From Hydrolagus affinis (Eukaryota): a stretch of 64,000 nt of DNA. The notes beneath the pieces are model-generated. The model saw only the letters and a program-made list of their open reading frames with translations, made no database searches and had not been told where the DNA came from. The first letter of the stretch is position 1; each line of letters opens with the position of its first letter. This document shows positions 11,656-25,113 of the stretch, one piece after another. The position numbers and the translations under genes are program-made. Location: the NCBI GenBank assembly GCA_012026655.1, contig JAAILG010001570.1, forward strand, positions 1-64,000, read 5' to 3'.

Positions 11656-12159
11656 TCCTCTCACAGTACGGTAAGAGGCTAAAAGACTTTAGCTCTCATG
11701 TGTTTAAACCGGCCTTTGACGCTCTGAAGACTGATTAGTGGTAAGATTCCAGTGGCTTCCTGTTGCTTTTTTTGAACCAAAATTGTCACTTCCGTCTCAT
11801 GCAAACATCTAAACAAATACTACTTGCCAACTGTACCTTGGGCCCTGTAGCAAAGGTAGTTCATTCAGACGTTAGGTGGAGTGAGAGGGAGGAAGGAGCA
11901 TTCAAAGCCTGTTGAAACGAACGGGAGGAAAAGATGTTATCTATTAACTGGGAGGATGTTATTGCAAACGAGTTTGGGAAGGCTCAATATAAGCCCAAGC
12001 AAAAAAAAACCTACCTGTCATTTAGCGCAATTGCCATTGAATTGCCAAGAAGCAGAGAGAGAGAGAGAGACAGTGTTATGAAAAGATTGGACTGAAAGGG
12101 TTCTAAAAAACCAACCATTGACAAATGGAACTTGTTCTGCGGTGAAACAGCTCCATTTA

Positions 12160-12711
12160 CAACAGTGCAATCTCTTCCCAACAGCCGTGGGTCTTGTCGC
12201 TAATCTCTCCCAATTCCTTTTGGTCCTCTTCAAGTTCTTTCAGATGAAACTTTCCCCTTTCATTTTTGATCTGCCGTCTTGACGCTTGGCAACATTTCAA
12301 TGAGATATGTACAATTTGACTGCAAGTTACGTCCTTTCATTGCATAGAATGAATGAACGAATGAGTGATGCTGGTGTCAGTTCCAGTTGCTATTTCATAT
12401 CTTATAGCACACTTCACACCGTTATTGCAAATCAATCTCAAAGGATAGATAACAGAATCTCTTGACTTGGCCTTCTGCCTTGCTACATCCCATTTTATTA
12501 AACTGGCTAGCAATTCAATTAGTTTAATGCCAACAGTCTCTGTTCCGATATCATTAGAGTGGTTGCCCTTTTCAGTGAAATAATCAAATAATCCCTTTGC
12601 TATCGTTAAAAAGAAAACTATTCTAATGCTGTCAGAGTACCCTAGATTGATGGTCAAATAACATAAAGCTGCAGCAATTGCCTCACTGAAGCATGTCATT
12701 AAACAGGCCAA
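12160..12711 (-). mobile_element. Highly decayed CR1-like RT remnant
   Basis: ORF 12337-12711 has RIVFFLTIAKGLFD...GIKLIELLASLIKW..RQK, loosely following CR1 DxVFLDFxKAFD...GIxGxLLxWIxxWL.xRKQ; no intact motifs. Confidence 0.5.
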
Positions 12712-13299
12712 GATTTGAGCAAGGTATAATTTTGCATTGGCGTTATCAGATGCATTAATTGCCTAGCATTAGTGTTGTTACGTCTGAAGTACAGTTTTTT
12801 AAACATCACGTATTGGATGTTCAACCGTCTCCTCTGCTGGCTCTGTCACATCATCTCATTCACTTGTTGACAGCCATAGTCTCAAATGTCTCAATAATCG
12901 CAAATGAACATATCGTAGCTGTGACTGGCTTCAGAAAGGTTGTTTTGCCTTTTCCACGCCAATTATATTTTGAATGTAGTCAAAATTTTAATTGCATTCA
13001 AAGATAATTTTTAATTTACAGTAATTAAAAATATCATTATGACGAACCTTGAACTCTTACATATCCCAACTCCATCCACGCTCCTGATGTGAAAAGGCGC
13101 AATAGCAAATGCAAGGATTAGTATTGGTTATAATAATACAGTCCGTGAATACAAGACGTCTCCGATATCTGGGCACATTTTGTGCCTTCTTATGCAGGGA
13201 GCAAGAAAAACTTGTGGCTTTCACAATTATTCTTTTTTGTCTTTAACTCTGCCTCAGTGACTCTATTACAAACACTGAGTGTCAGTCTAGTTATTTAAC

Positions 13300-13525
13300 C
13301 ATGCCATGGGAGGGAGAAGGATGTAGAGTTGAATCCCACCTTATCCTCACCTGCTCCTCCAGATATAAACGCATGAGCTCTTGCCGAGCACTCGGCTCAT
13401 TGTAAATCAGGACTAGGGAAAGCCCGGTTGATATTTTTTGGACTCCTGTCCCAAGTCAGGAGGCACCAAATCTGATTGCAGCAAACCTGACTGCCGTTGC
13501 AACTGAGATCAGCGAAACGAGCACA
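13300..13525 (-). mobile_element. Probable old unclassified SINE
   Basis: CCCACCTTATCCTCACC...CTGAGATCAGC.AAC..AGCAC resembles an old shark interspersed repeat, from recall only; single copy here. Confidence 0.35.
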
Positions 13526-14164
13526 TTTTGTTCTGAATGCGTCAAAAATCTGTCTATTTACCAGCAACGTCGAACTCTCCACTTGTCAATAAATTGAGAA
13601 AATTGTCCATGAGTCCTCTTCCTATTCATTGATAGTTATGCTGACCTTTGAGAGTGCTCCAAACAATATCGTTCAGGTGTTTCAATCTTTCCAGTAAGGA
13701 ATCTCCTGACACATTTCTGAACGCAAAGCGACAATTGCCTTTCAATTTACTGGAGTGATATTTGGAATGTTTCAAAGAGGAATATTAAAAGGATGACTTT
13801 GAAGTTTAATGAGATTGGCCTCATCGTACAGATGATGGGTTACCATATCTACGTACAACATTTAAAACTAATTATAGGATCCCTTGAACTGCACTGTGTG
13901 TGTGTTTTTAATTAATTTAAAGCTTAAGAACTTAAGAGAAGTTGGGAGATGAGGAAAAGGCCAAGCAGCCTACACAAGCTTATTCCTCTAGTCCATTAAC
14001 GCTTATTAAGTCCATTAACAGCACTCAATTATATGCATGTAAAAGAAGGAGAATCCTGTTCATTCACCATCAGCAGTATTTGAATAGGGGAAAATCCAAA
14101 CCACTACTACTATAACATGTATTTATAGAGCGCCCTTCACACTGGTGAGGGCTCAGAGTGTTTT

Positions 14165-14365
14165 AGTAATAATAATAATAATCATAATCCTTGCATTTGA
14201 TATAGCGCTTCTCACATCTTATCGATGTCTCAAAGCGCTTTACAGAATATTCCTTAAAGTGAATTGACCATATATTTTGAGACGCGGCAGCCAATCGCGC
14301 ACAGCAGTGTCCCACAAACAGTTGTGGATTGAAGTGACCAATTTTTATTATTGTGGTTTTTTTTT
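14165..14365 (-). mobile_element. SINE, dominant family, 5'-truncated
   Basis: Tail and body match; preceded by a different short tail at 14100-14165. Confidence 0.9.
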
Positions 14366-15334
14366 ATGCAAGGACTCTTTGAAGGTTACCAATGGCAATA
14401 AAATAAAATGGAATAGGAATACGGGAGGACGTGAGGGTGGACGGTCCGGAAAGGATGAGATCAAATGGGTCGAGGGAAAGGGTCCCGACCTCTCGCTCGC
14501 AATAACTTTGTTAAACGTTGAAAGATTTCTGTGGAGGTTCGATTATAGATTCAGGGTAATTTAACCGGGGGATCAATTCCATTGAAGCGTTCGGCTGTGT
14601 TCTGCACGGCTGCATCGAGCGCTAGACCTTCGATGGGAGGAAGATTAATTCCTGGATTCCATGACGTCCGTCCCCGGTGACATGTGCGGAGATTATCCGT
14701 GATTTACTTCACTTTAAATCGACGACAGCCAGCAAAAACAACCCGTAAAAATCCGACTCCACTTTTTACACCGTTTACACAAGCCTTGACCATAAATGAA
14801 ATGTCCCCCATGAATTATACACTAATAATTACTGTTCTACCTTCCCTCCCACACTCCTCTCCGGGCACTCATATTTGACAACTAATCTCGCGGTGTGCTT
14901 TTATTGCTGGTTGGTGCGATTCTTCAGAGAATTCTGAAATGCACATGTAATTCAAGAGTATTTATAAACAAACTACAAATGGGATGACTCTAATCTAAAA
15001 AGGGAGAGAGAGAGAGCGAGAGCGAGATGAATCTAATTTACTGCATTCCCAAGCTAACGAGATAGGTCGGAGATAAAACAGATTGTGCAAAAGAATTTTG
15101 AAAGTGTTTGTTAAGCTTTTGATCTCATAATTGCAATGTCTTCCAGCTTCATTCGTGGCATATGGACAGAATTGATTTACAAATAAAAATTTCTTAGGCA
15201 GAGTTAAAAAAAATTCATATTCACAGACCCAGAGATGCCGTGCAGTACTGTAAGTCTCAGCACATTAACATTGATTAAAAAACCTATTAGAAATACCAGG
15301 GATGAAATATCGGTTTACACCTCCTGTATTAAAA

Positions 15335-15565
15335 TTCTCATAGTTCCTCCATGGCTTCACCCCACATTACCCTCTGACCTTCTAACCAACCACCATTGGA
15401 GGGTGAGCCTTCAGCCATTCTGCACCCAACCTCTGGAATTCCATCCCGTAGTCCCTCCGCTTCGCCTCCTCCCTGGCCTCCTTCAAGTCCCTCCTCTTTG
15501 ACGGATCCATCGGTCACCCCTATTCCCCCTCTATCCCCCACTCTCCCCAGCTTGGGTCTGAGGCG
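15335..15565 (+). mobile_element. L2 LINE 3' fragment
   Basis: GAGCCTTCAGCCATTCTGCACCC..CTCTGGAATTCCATCCC...TCCTTCAAGTCCCTCCTC (RAFS..AP.LWNS.P...SFKSLL); similar to 58055-58258. Confidence 0.85.
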
Positions 15566-16099
15566 CGATAGAGAAGAGAAATCGAGCCATTTCTCATATC
15601 ATATGCAATGCGCTGTGTGTCTGAGATGCTCTGGATTTAACAGGCTTCCTGTCTCTGGTTAAAAAGTACAGATATGCATTTTCACATATCCTGCGACACG
15701 GGGAAATAATACTGTAATCCGCCTGATATGTTCTCATGACACGTGGAGACTACGTAATTACTTGCAAGAGCATTGATTAGCTGTTAGTTTTCTGGCCTGT
15801 CTGGATCCCGATTGTGACCAGTTGATGTGTAACGTTCCACCACTTTGATTGACAGCAGGAAAAGCAGATGATGGAACACATCATGACTTTAGGTTACTGT
15901 GGTATCATACATCGAGCAGGCTCTGTGCAACTATGAGCATTATCAGGTAGAATTCTGGATGGTTGGGGTGAATTTTCAGTGCCCAAAAGGCACAAATGTA
16001 ATCTACCAGCAGTGATGGTTCCATAAACTACATTAGAAGAGTAGTTTCACACATCCAGGACTGCAAACTAAACTTCCATATTAGGTTTCAGTGAGGACT

Positions 16100-16320
16100 T
16101 TCTTTATATAGAAACATGACAGGCATTTTGTGCACAGTAATGAGTCATGAGGTGTATGACTGTCTGTGGAATTGTTGGCCAGGGCACCAGGAGATGTGAC
16201 CTTCTCTTCAAATAAAGTCAGAGATTTTTAACGTTCCCTTGAAGAGCAGGCATTTGATATCTTGGTTTATACTTTTTTTTTATCTGAAGGATTGCTTTTC
16301 TGACAAAGCAGCACAGGAGT
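16100..16320 (-). mobile_element. Old Deu-type SINE
   Basis: TTGTTGGCCAGGGCACCAGGAGA..CTCTTCAAATA..GATTTTTAACGT..TCTGAAGGA..TCTGACAA.GCAGCAC is the reverse complement of the Deu-like domain. Confidence 0.7.
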
Positions 16321-17104
16321 ACTGGGTTGGATCATAATATCACGTTACACCCTTGTATTTGCAAAACCAATGAACAACGATGGCTGGTAAATCTGACTGA
16401 GTTGGGAATAAATTTATAATTTTTTTTCCAATGGAGCACATTCAGAAATGATCTTGTGACATATGCAGTATTTAGGGAGTAAGTAGATATTATGTATTGC
16501 AAAGTCCCAAATGTATTCTTACATGGAATTGTACATCAGAACAAATCTGCCGGATTTACTACATTAAATTTGTATTGATGCCACAGTATTTTTGTCTACA
16601 AAAGTGCCTACCTGCCAGACATTCTGGCAATGAAACCAGACAGAGAGAGCATCAGTGGGTCTAATGCTACACATTCATCAAGTTCCAATGACGTACACAA
16701 AGTGTAGTCAATTTAGTGGGTAGGTACGTGAGATAAATATTGAAAGAATTCTCAGGATTAAGAGATTACCATACCTTACTTCACCAAACAAGGGATAACT
16801 GGTCTGATTTCTAAAACCTTGCTCTGCAAAATATGAATTGGCTCAAAGGCTTATTGAGAGTTGAAGAGACAGAGAAACTGAGGATGGAATTTTTTGATTG
16901 CTGCTACAATTCCTATCACGTAGTTAGTACTGGACTTTTAAAAGACTTTCTAAGTGGCGGTTTTTGTACTATAAATTCCACTTCTGCCTCTTTCAATACA
17001 CATATTGTGACCCCCATCCCTTTTCTCCCTTGCTCAGTGTCTAAACCCATCCCTTTAAAGCGCTCTGAGATATTACTGTACGTGAAAAGCACTATAGTAA
17101 TAAT

Positions 17105-17255
17105 AACAACAATACTCCTTGCATTTGATATACTGCCTTATCAAGTCATTGACACGTCTCAAAGTGCTTCACAGAATACACTGTAAAGTGGACTGTGTAT
17201 TGGGTTGATGAAACGCGGCACCTAATTGCACATAAACTTGATCTGTTCCACAAAC
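17105..17255 (-). mobile_element. SINE 3' part, tail-to-tail with a plus-strand tail at 17058-17100
   Basis: Family tail and body match. Confidence 0.8.
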
Positions 17256-17819
17256 AGCCATAAATATGGATAAGGTAAATATATCAATGCAAGTTGTTGT
17301 AATGGAGATCAGTACATAATGATTACTTTTGTTTAAAAGAAGGATATAAATAATATTGTTAAACAGCAGAGAAACCAAGGGTAACCTGACAAAACACATG
17401 CAATAACAGAAGAGAACGGATGAGTCATTTGCAGCTTAATATATGTTCAGTGAATCCCACCTGACAATTTCCCTGCAGAATCCATAACATGAAACACTGC
17501 TCTGCATTAGATGTTTAATTAAAACTTGAGTGTTTATATTGCATCCTTTTTCTAAGAAATATGAGGAGTTCGGAGCGCCTGGTTCCATAATGGATCCGAT
17601 TATTGCACAAACACGCATAACTCAACAACTGATCAAACCCACTCTGTAATTAAGGATGGGAGTTTGAGAGTTTTAGAGGCTTGATTTAACCAGCCTCTAA
17701 AACCATCTCCATTCATCTCAACAGATGAATTTTCACAAACAGTAGAGATCCTGTATATGTGTGGGATGCAGGGTATTATTTCCCTACATTCCAAACAATT
17801 AATTGCTGTGCTGATGAGC

Positions 17820-17980
17820 AATAATAATAATCATAATAATACTCCTTGCATTTGATTTACTGCTTTTCACATCTTCCAGACGTCTCAATGCGCTTCACAG
17901 AATATTCTGTAACGTGAATTGACTGTAGATTTGTGGATGAAACGCGGCAGCCAATTGTGCACAGCAGTGTCCCACAAACA
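17820..17980 (-). mobile_element. SINE, dominant family, 3' half
   Basis: Family match. Confidence 0.9.
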
Positions 17981-18011
17981 ATGGTTGGAGGGGAGTGATG
18001 AATTGTCAGAG

Positions 18012-18085
18012 GTTTCAGCGCCTTGGGACATCCTCTTGACGTGAAAGGCACCACACAAGCGTAATTTTGTTGTTGTTGTTGTTGC
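18012..18085 (+). mobile_element. L2 tail-only insertion
   Basis: TTTCAGCGCCTTGGGACATCCTCTTGACGTGAAAGGCACC...TAATTTT(GTT)n is the same tail as the L2 at 7817 and 58195. Confidence 0.85.
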
Positions 18086-20183
18086 TTTGTTCGCAATCTT
18101 ATAACAAGATGTCTCAAATTAGCACATCCCCACCACTATCACTTCTCTTTTCAAATAGCGCAATAATACATTGTGTGTTGTGTTAATGCATTGGGTGTGT
18201 TTCATAGCATCAGGTGCATGTAATGTCATCGAGTGGCAGTAAATCAAGGTCGTTGGCTTGCATATTACAGACTAGCTGGTGACGCTAAGAAATCATCATC
18301 CACTTGGCACTTTATTAAAAATAACTAGATTACAAACACTCATTCCTCACACAAAATCAGTTTTCAAACCATGTCGAGGTAATACCAGTGAATATAGTGA
18401 TGTATTTTTTTAAAAAAAACTCAATAATTCCACTGCTGTGGATTAGGTGGCAATAGAAATTTCTCTAATTTTGCTGAGAAGCCTTCAATGATAAATAAAT
18501 CTCGAATGTTGTGATTCAGGGTAACTTTTATTTGACATCTGAATGAGCAGCTATGAAAAATGCCAACCCAATGTGAAGGGCATCCTAGCTTATCTCATTC
18601 CTGTGTCAGCATTGGATAAATGATAGGTTACCCTATAAGTAACTGAAGTGGAAAGACTGATGGCATGTTCTGTGCAGAGTTTAAATAAAGGTCATCATAA
18701 AGTCACTGGCGGCTCCTATTTACTCTGAGGGTTGCTTGGATTAACCGATTATGGTCAGAGAAGCAAAGATGGCAGCTTCCGTGGTTACCTATGAGACAAA
18801 TGTAATTATCCATCTTATTTATTTTCCAAGAAAAATAGGCAAACGAGATAAAAAGTGATCACTGCTGTTCGTGTTGTTTTCTTTAAAAAAAAAGCTTTTG
18901 AAACAGAAGTGGTGTCCTGCTTCATCCACTCTGCTGCTCTGCGCATTGATTGTATCACGATTCAAACGCTGTTATTTTCATCTTCGGCAAAGAGATAGAT
19001 TGCCTCAACATAAGGTTTCTGAGTGTCTTGTCCGTGGCTTCATGCAGAAAGTGGAATAATAAGTGCGTCTCGGTGACCCAAGGTCGCAAATGAGATAATT
19101 TATCACGTTATATTTGCAAGTCTTGACGGGTAAAGTGTGGTGAGCCCCAATAACAAACACTCACACACACTGACTGCCCTTTCCAAAATACCAGCCGAGC
19201 TTTGTTCATTAAAACATTGACTGGAGATCGCACAGTATTCACTGGTTTTTAATACAGGGAGCATCATAAATCAGTGCTGCGACTAACTTTTAAAGCGCAG
19301 TGAAGTGCAATTAGTTTTCCTAATAGTCAGGGCACTGTTGCTTCTACTGTCAATAAAATGCGCCCCATCAACTTCTCCCTTGCATGTGGAGGGTGGGACA
19401 TTGTTTGGTGTTGGCCACAATTTGAACTTTAAAAGCCCAAACTGAACCTTAAGAAGAGTGAAATTCTCTGCATCTAACAGTGCGTTACATTGAATGCATC
19501 GTAAAGAATGGGTTACAAGACTCCATTATTTCCCAACCATTTAATGAGGTTTCAGTTTAGAAAAAAAAGACTTAAGATATATCGAAAACATCAGTTAAAG
19601 CAGCCCGCATTCTGCATTTAACATACTGCGTCTCAGTGAATGGTCTCAAACCAGCATTAACGGTGTGCAGCAAAACTATAAGGTGAGAATAAAAGCTTTG
19701 CACTTTGGTGAAATCAAATACTGAAGCTGTTAATTGCTGCAGATTTATGTACTTTTGGAAAATGATGCCCTAATTAGACGGCAATAAGATTCACGCACAG
19801 ATGATCAACATTTTCATACGGTTCAGTGTTGCTCACTGATCTGTGGTCTGTCTATTCACGTGTTCAGCCATCTCTAAGCCCAATCTTTTACAATCGCGTC
19901 CACTCAAGCGTACGCATTATAGCGATCGTAACCTACCTTAAGGTGCCACTTTCAACATTGAGGCTTTTATTGATTTAAGCAGGATTAAAGATATTGAAAA
20001 CAGCCAGAGTGTGACAGTGCTGTTAATAACCCATGAATATGTTTTCAAAGTGATTAATTTAAATGAAGTTGCAGTAGTTTGGTGTGGGGAATTTTAATTT
20101 TGTTGTTCTCCGGTTTATTGGAATTGTACAATTTTTCAATTGGGTCATGGAATCTTACACGTTATTTAAGTTGGATGCTATTT

Positions 20184-20510
20184 GGAGCTCCTGTAGCTCA
20201 GTGGTTAGGGCACACCTTGCAAGTGTGAAACCTGTGTTTTGAATTCAGTCAGAACCGGCGAAACCTCGGGCAAGTTTCCTTACTCCACACGCCCAATAAT
20301 AATCCACCCCACCCCAAAAAAAAAATTAATCGGTCATTTTCAATCCACGACTGTTTGTGGGTCACTACTGTGTGCAATTGGCTGCCACATTTCGCCCACA
20401 AATATATTGTACAGTCAATTCACTTTACAGTATATTCTGTGAAGTGCTTTGAGACGTCTAAAAGACATGAAAAGCACTCTATCAAATGCAGGGATTATTA
20501 TTATTATTTA
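20184..20510 (+). mobile_element. tRNA-derived SINE, full length
   Basis: Family match. Confidence 0.95.
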
Positions 20511-20860
20511 ATAATAATTACCAGCCATCACCCCAGAGTGACAGCCAACCTAATAACCACAACAGCAACTTGACAAAGAAGCTGCACTGATGGAGAAAGG
20601 TGAGCACTCATTTATTGATACAACGATGTGGAGGTGGCAGGCAAAGAAACAAAGACATCGAAGGTGTGAGAGGGAGTGTTTATATGCTTCTTTTCCAGCC
20701 TCAGAAGGAAATCAAAGGGAATAATTGCTTACAGCTATAAAAATCACCATCGGAGACAAAAATATCCTAAGAAGAACAACAGTAGCAGCAGTAAGTAAGC
20801 CTATCGGCCAATGCTATTAGAATGATATTTCTCTGATAACAGTATGAACCATGGACTTGT

Positions 20861-20940
20861 GGAGTCCTGTAGCTCAGTGGTGAGAGCACGTCGCCTCACA
20901 AATGAGAAATCTGGGTTCGATTCCCGGCGGGGCCAAATCT
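20861..20940 (+). mobile_element. SINE tRNA-like head only
   Basis: GGAGTCCTGTAGCTCAGTGG...GGGTTCGATTCCCGG; body absent. Confidence 0.85.
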
Positions 20941-20971
20941 CTGGAATCATTGTTCACAGTGACTGAGATTT

Positions 20972-21279
20972 ATAATGATAATAATAATAATCCTTGCATT
21001 TGATGTAGCGCTTTTCATGTCTTCTAGACATCTCAAAGCCCTTCACAAAATATAGTGAAAAGTGAATTGACTGTATATTTGTGGGCGAAACACGGCAGCC
21101 AATTGCGCACAGCAGTGTCTCACAAACAGTCAAGGATTGAAATGACCAATTTTACTATTGTGTTTTTTTGTTGGAGGAATTATTATTGGGCATGTGGAGT
21201 AAGGAAATTTGTCCAAGGTTTTGGCCTGACCTGCCTGGATTCGAAGCACAGGTCTCACGCTTGTAAGGCGAGTGCTCTT
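20972..21279 (-). mobile_element. tRNA-derived SINE, near full length
   Basis: Family match. Confidence 0.95.
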
Positions 21280-21654
21280 ATGGTCTATTTTGTAAAGCAT
21301 AACAATTCTGTATGTTTGTCTCAAAACAGGACTAGCTGGAGCCAATTAACTGGGAAGACTTTGGAGGCAGGCAGGATTTGGCCAGCTGGCAGTACACTGC
21401 TGATTCTAAATCAATGGATTTGCTGCTGTTACCAATTAAATGTTACGTAATGAGCGAATTGGCTCCCACAAGGTGAAGGTCTTGGCAAGATTCAGCTCAG
21501 TTTCCTTGGAATCCTCGAACCAGCCGACCATTGTTCCTGACAGAAATCTGAGGGTCTCTTTGGCTCACGAACAAGAGGAGAGTTTGTCAGTATTTTGTAC
21601 ATTTCTTCACCTCATTTCAAACAAGTGATTCCTGTGAATCCTGGAATTGAACCT

Positions 21655-21995
21655 CCTGCAAGTGAGGTTCGATTCATGGGCAGGGCAAAATCTTAGGCAG
21701 GTTTCCTTATTCCACCGCCACTGTTTACCAGGCAGTAAGTAGGAACTTGGTTGTTAGTCGATTGGTAGATCGCCTTCTGGGGGATAATAATTCCTTCCAA
21801 AAAAATAATAATAATAATTTGGTCACTCAATCCGTGGCTGTTTGTGAGGACAATGCTGTGCGCAATTAGCTGCCGCTTTTCGTCCACAAAATATACAGTC
21901 AATACATTTTATGGTATATTTCGTGAAGCTCTTTGAGACGTCTCTCAACGACGTGATAAAGCTCTATTGAGAATGCAAGGATTATTATTGTTACT
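21655..21995 (+). mobile_element. tRNA-derived SINE, long-form subfamily
   Basis: Contains the block CTGTTTACCAGGCAGTAAGTAGGAACTTGGTTGTTAGTCGATTGG. Confidence 0.9.
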
Positions 21996-22554
21996 GTTCT
22001 TATTACCTTTATTAATATAATCCTTAATATTCTTAACATCATTACTATAAGTGTAGTGACTCGTTCAGAGCAAGTGGAACACCTAAATAGTCATCTGTAC
22101 CTGGTTAAAAGGATATAGGTCTGTCTCTGTACCACTCCGGTTTGCAGTTGAAGCACAACTGACCAATAATTTACACCGCTGCAGTCAACTTTTGAATCAA
22201 GTAGCTAATTTACGAGAAGGTATCATCTTTATTTTGGCTAATCCACTTTCAGTTCAAGCAATAGGAAACTTTAGATTTAGCGTCGGAGGTCTTGTATTTG
22301 AAAGGGAGGCAATTTATTCCACGTAATTTTCTATCATACATTTTTGTGACATTAACTAACCTCCGATAATGGATTTGTTTCACCACCTGACTAAAATGGG
22401 AAGCGGTGTGAATATTGTTCACCTAGCACTCCCATTAACAACACATACTTAAATGGTGCTAAATGAATGTATGTTTTATTCCTGTGGCACACAGATATGT
22501 TGGGGCTTGCTATCTTTTTAAAAAATGTATTTATTTCCACGATAATGGTCTTTA

Positions 22555-22830
22555 ATAATAATGCTTGCATTTAGCAAAGTACCTCAATACATCATAATGT
22601 CTGAAAATACTTCACAGGAAATTATCGTTAGGTAGTTAGGTATAATGTGATTTGTAGGCAAGTATGCCAATTTATACACACCTGTTTGTTTCACAAACAG
22701 ATTGGTATTTTCAAATAGCACTGTTATTTAATACCTTCCTGAGCAGAAAGATGGGACCTTGTTTTGTCTCCTCCAACAGACTACACCTCTGACAATACAA
22801 CACTCCCCAACACTGCCCTGGAGTGGAGCC
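22555..22830 (-). mobile_element. Old Deu-type SINE
   Basis: Tail, then CACAAACAG, TTCAAATAG, CACCTCTGACAATACAACACTCCC..CACTGCCCTGGAGTG (reverse complement of the Deu-like domain). Confidence 0.7.
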
Positions 22831-22892
22831 TACAACAAAATTACATTTCCATAGCCTTAATGCATGTAAAACTTAATATGCATTGATAATAC

Positions 22893-23105
22893 CCAGGCTT
22901 GACTATGCAAACTCTTTACTTGTCGACCTCCCCAACTCCTTCCTCCATAGACTGTAGATCATCTAGAACTTGCAGCCTGTGCCCTACCCCCACCACGAGG
23001 CTATACCCCTCACCCTCGCCTGACCTCACCGGGCTCCCATCAAACAGAGGGATACAATTCAAGATCCTGGTCCTCACCTTCTCATCCCTCCATGTCCTTC
23101 CTCCC
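22893..23105 (+). mobile_element. L2 ORF2 remnant
   Basis: RLDYANSLLVDLP...LP..RGIQFKILVLTF.SLH across frameshifts; typical L2 RT C-terminal motifs. Confidence 0.85.
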
Positions 23106-24353
23106 CAGCTTGAAACAGTCCGACCGCAAGGCAAGAAACTGATCAAAAATCTGTTACTGCCAAATCCCACTGGTTCCCGCTGGCAATTCCGTACAGCGTC
23201 TCCGACATTCTCATCAAAGGTAACATGTAGTTTTGATTTCCACTGCTGTGTTGTGACATTGCGCCTGTCAATCCGTTACCCCACAGTCCCAGAGTGGCAA
23301 ATTAATATCAGCCGACAAGCTGGGCTCCTCCACCGTTCCAAGTCAATATAGACATGAGCTGTTAAGCGAGTACTGATGGATGTATATTGAGTTTTAACAG
23401 TGTGCTTGCACAGTGTTAGACCTTGAACATTGCGGGTTAGTGCAAAATAAGGATTACAGAGCAAATAGATGCAAATGCATCTTTATAGGAATACAACAGC
23501 CATTGCACTTTACAGTAAAAAAAAATCCAGTGAAGCGCTTTGAGATGTCCTCTCCAATGTGAAAGGCTCTACATCCAATGCGATGAGTTATTGTTATGAA
23601 TTGTTATTATTATTATGATTATTATTAAAATTAAACCAATACAAATGTGCAGCTGCACACTGGGGCTATTTGCTACACTTCAGCAAACGGAAGCTAGCTT
23701 TGAAAAGGCAAGATGGAAAGGCTCCAGGCACAATGTTCAAATGGCTCAAAGAGCATTATCAACAACAAGAAAACTGACACTTGTATAGTGCCTTTCACGT
23801 CAGGAGGACAGTCACTATCACGAGGAAATTTGAAAGAAATCGAGACGGTAGCGAGCGGGACTGTGTGTGTCAATCTCGGGAAATTTGTCTTACGTCTTTT
23901 TATATATAAAAAGTACCCAACAAAATAAGTATTGGGCCTTAGAATTGATGGCACCCAAATCTCCACATCACATCAAGGCCGGGAGGTATAAGATGAGAAA
24001 AAAATAATTGGTCAAACTTTGAATTTTTTTTAATGAAATAAAATGTTTAAAAGTCATATTAAGCCCATAGGCTTAATGATATGGGTCAACGCTTTTCAGT
24101 TTATTAATATCATGCATCTTCAGATTATCAGTGATTCTGTTTGCTGTGTTCTCCATCAATTCTGTTTGGTTCTCCATCAAATCCGAAGCACACGGTCACT
24201 ACACTTTATAGTATATCCTGTGACACACACTTTGACATGTCCTGCCGACTTGAAACGTACCCTGTCGAATGTGAGGATTCTATTATTAAGTTGACGAGCG
24301 AGAGGTTCAGATGAAGAAACTCCTTTTGAGTCATTTGCTTTTATATCGACTGA

Positions 24354-24374
24354 CTGCCTGCCTGCCTGCCTGCC
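24354..24374. repeat. (CTGC)n microsatellite
   Basis: Seen directly. Confidence 0.85.
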
Positions 24375-25037
24375 ATCATGAGTATAATACAGACTTGCCA
24401 TTGCAAACTTGCAAACCTCAGGAATCAACTCTTATAAAGGAATAAGATGGTGCAGCACTAAGCCATTACTGATGAGGCATTTTCAGTAACTTTGGAAACC
24501 CAGCAGTCACAATTAATCCAACGAATCTGCCCAACTAATTTTATTTTAAACTGCTCGCACTTTTTTGAGGTGATTCTCAACTCAATTACAGTATGGGCAG
24601 GGGTTACACAATCAGTGTGTTAACAGGACATCAGCGTCAACCTGTAACAACAAAAATGTATGGTCTGCATTCTCTTCAATAAGCAAATGTTGCTTTACGT
24701 GTAGAGGACTCGAAAATACCTATTACAGGATTCAATCTATCTTTTTAAATCAATAATAAACGGTGTAATGTATCTGAAAATAGAAATAGGGCAGAAACCT
24801 GAAACAGATTAACGCAGCGAGCTGTGGCTTAGTAATCAGATCTCTACTCCCTCTGCCATATTACTTACACAGGTCGGGAAATTCTAAGAATTTAATTGAC
24901 TGACCAGCATTTTTTTTTCTCTTTGGTCAGCCACGTGTGGAAACCGATTATCATTCTCTATTTGGTATCCAAACCAAACTGAGAATTCCATATAATTTTC
25001 ATATACATGGAAATTCCCGAGATATTTATTAGCCTTG

Positions 25038-25113
25038 AAGCACTCTGAGACACCGTCCGGCGTGGAGGGCGCTACATAAATCCAAGTTGTTGTTGTTGTT
25101 GTTGTAGTAGTAG
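25038..25113 (+). mobile_element. Tail-only insertion, second L2-like tail type
   Basis: AAGCACTCTGAGACACCGTCCGGCGTGGAGGGCGCTACATAAATCCAA(GTT)n; same type as 59758-59827. Confidence 0.8.

Noticed and set aside
12337-12711. 124-aa ORF as a host gene
   Set aside because: Better explained as a decayed CR1-like RT lacking intact catalytic motifs.
22899-23351. Longest ORF (150 aa)
   Set aside because: The first half is frameshifted L2 ORF2; the rest is unrecognisable read-through.
24148-24181. Short tandem duplications (GTTCTCCATCAA x2; similar at ~13990, ~33270, ~44720, ~50708)
   Set aside because: Ordinary slippage duplications with no further structure.
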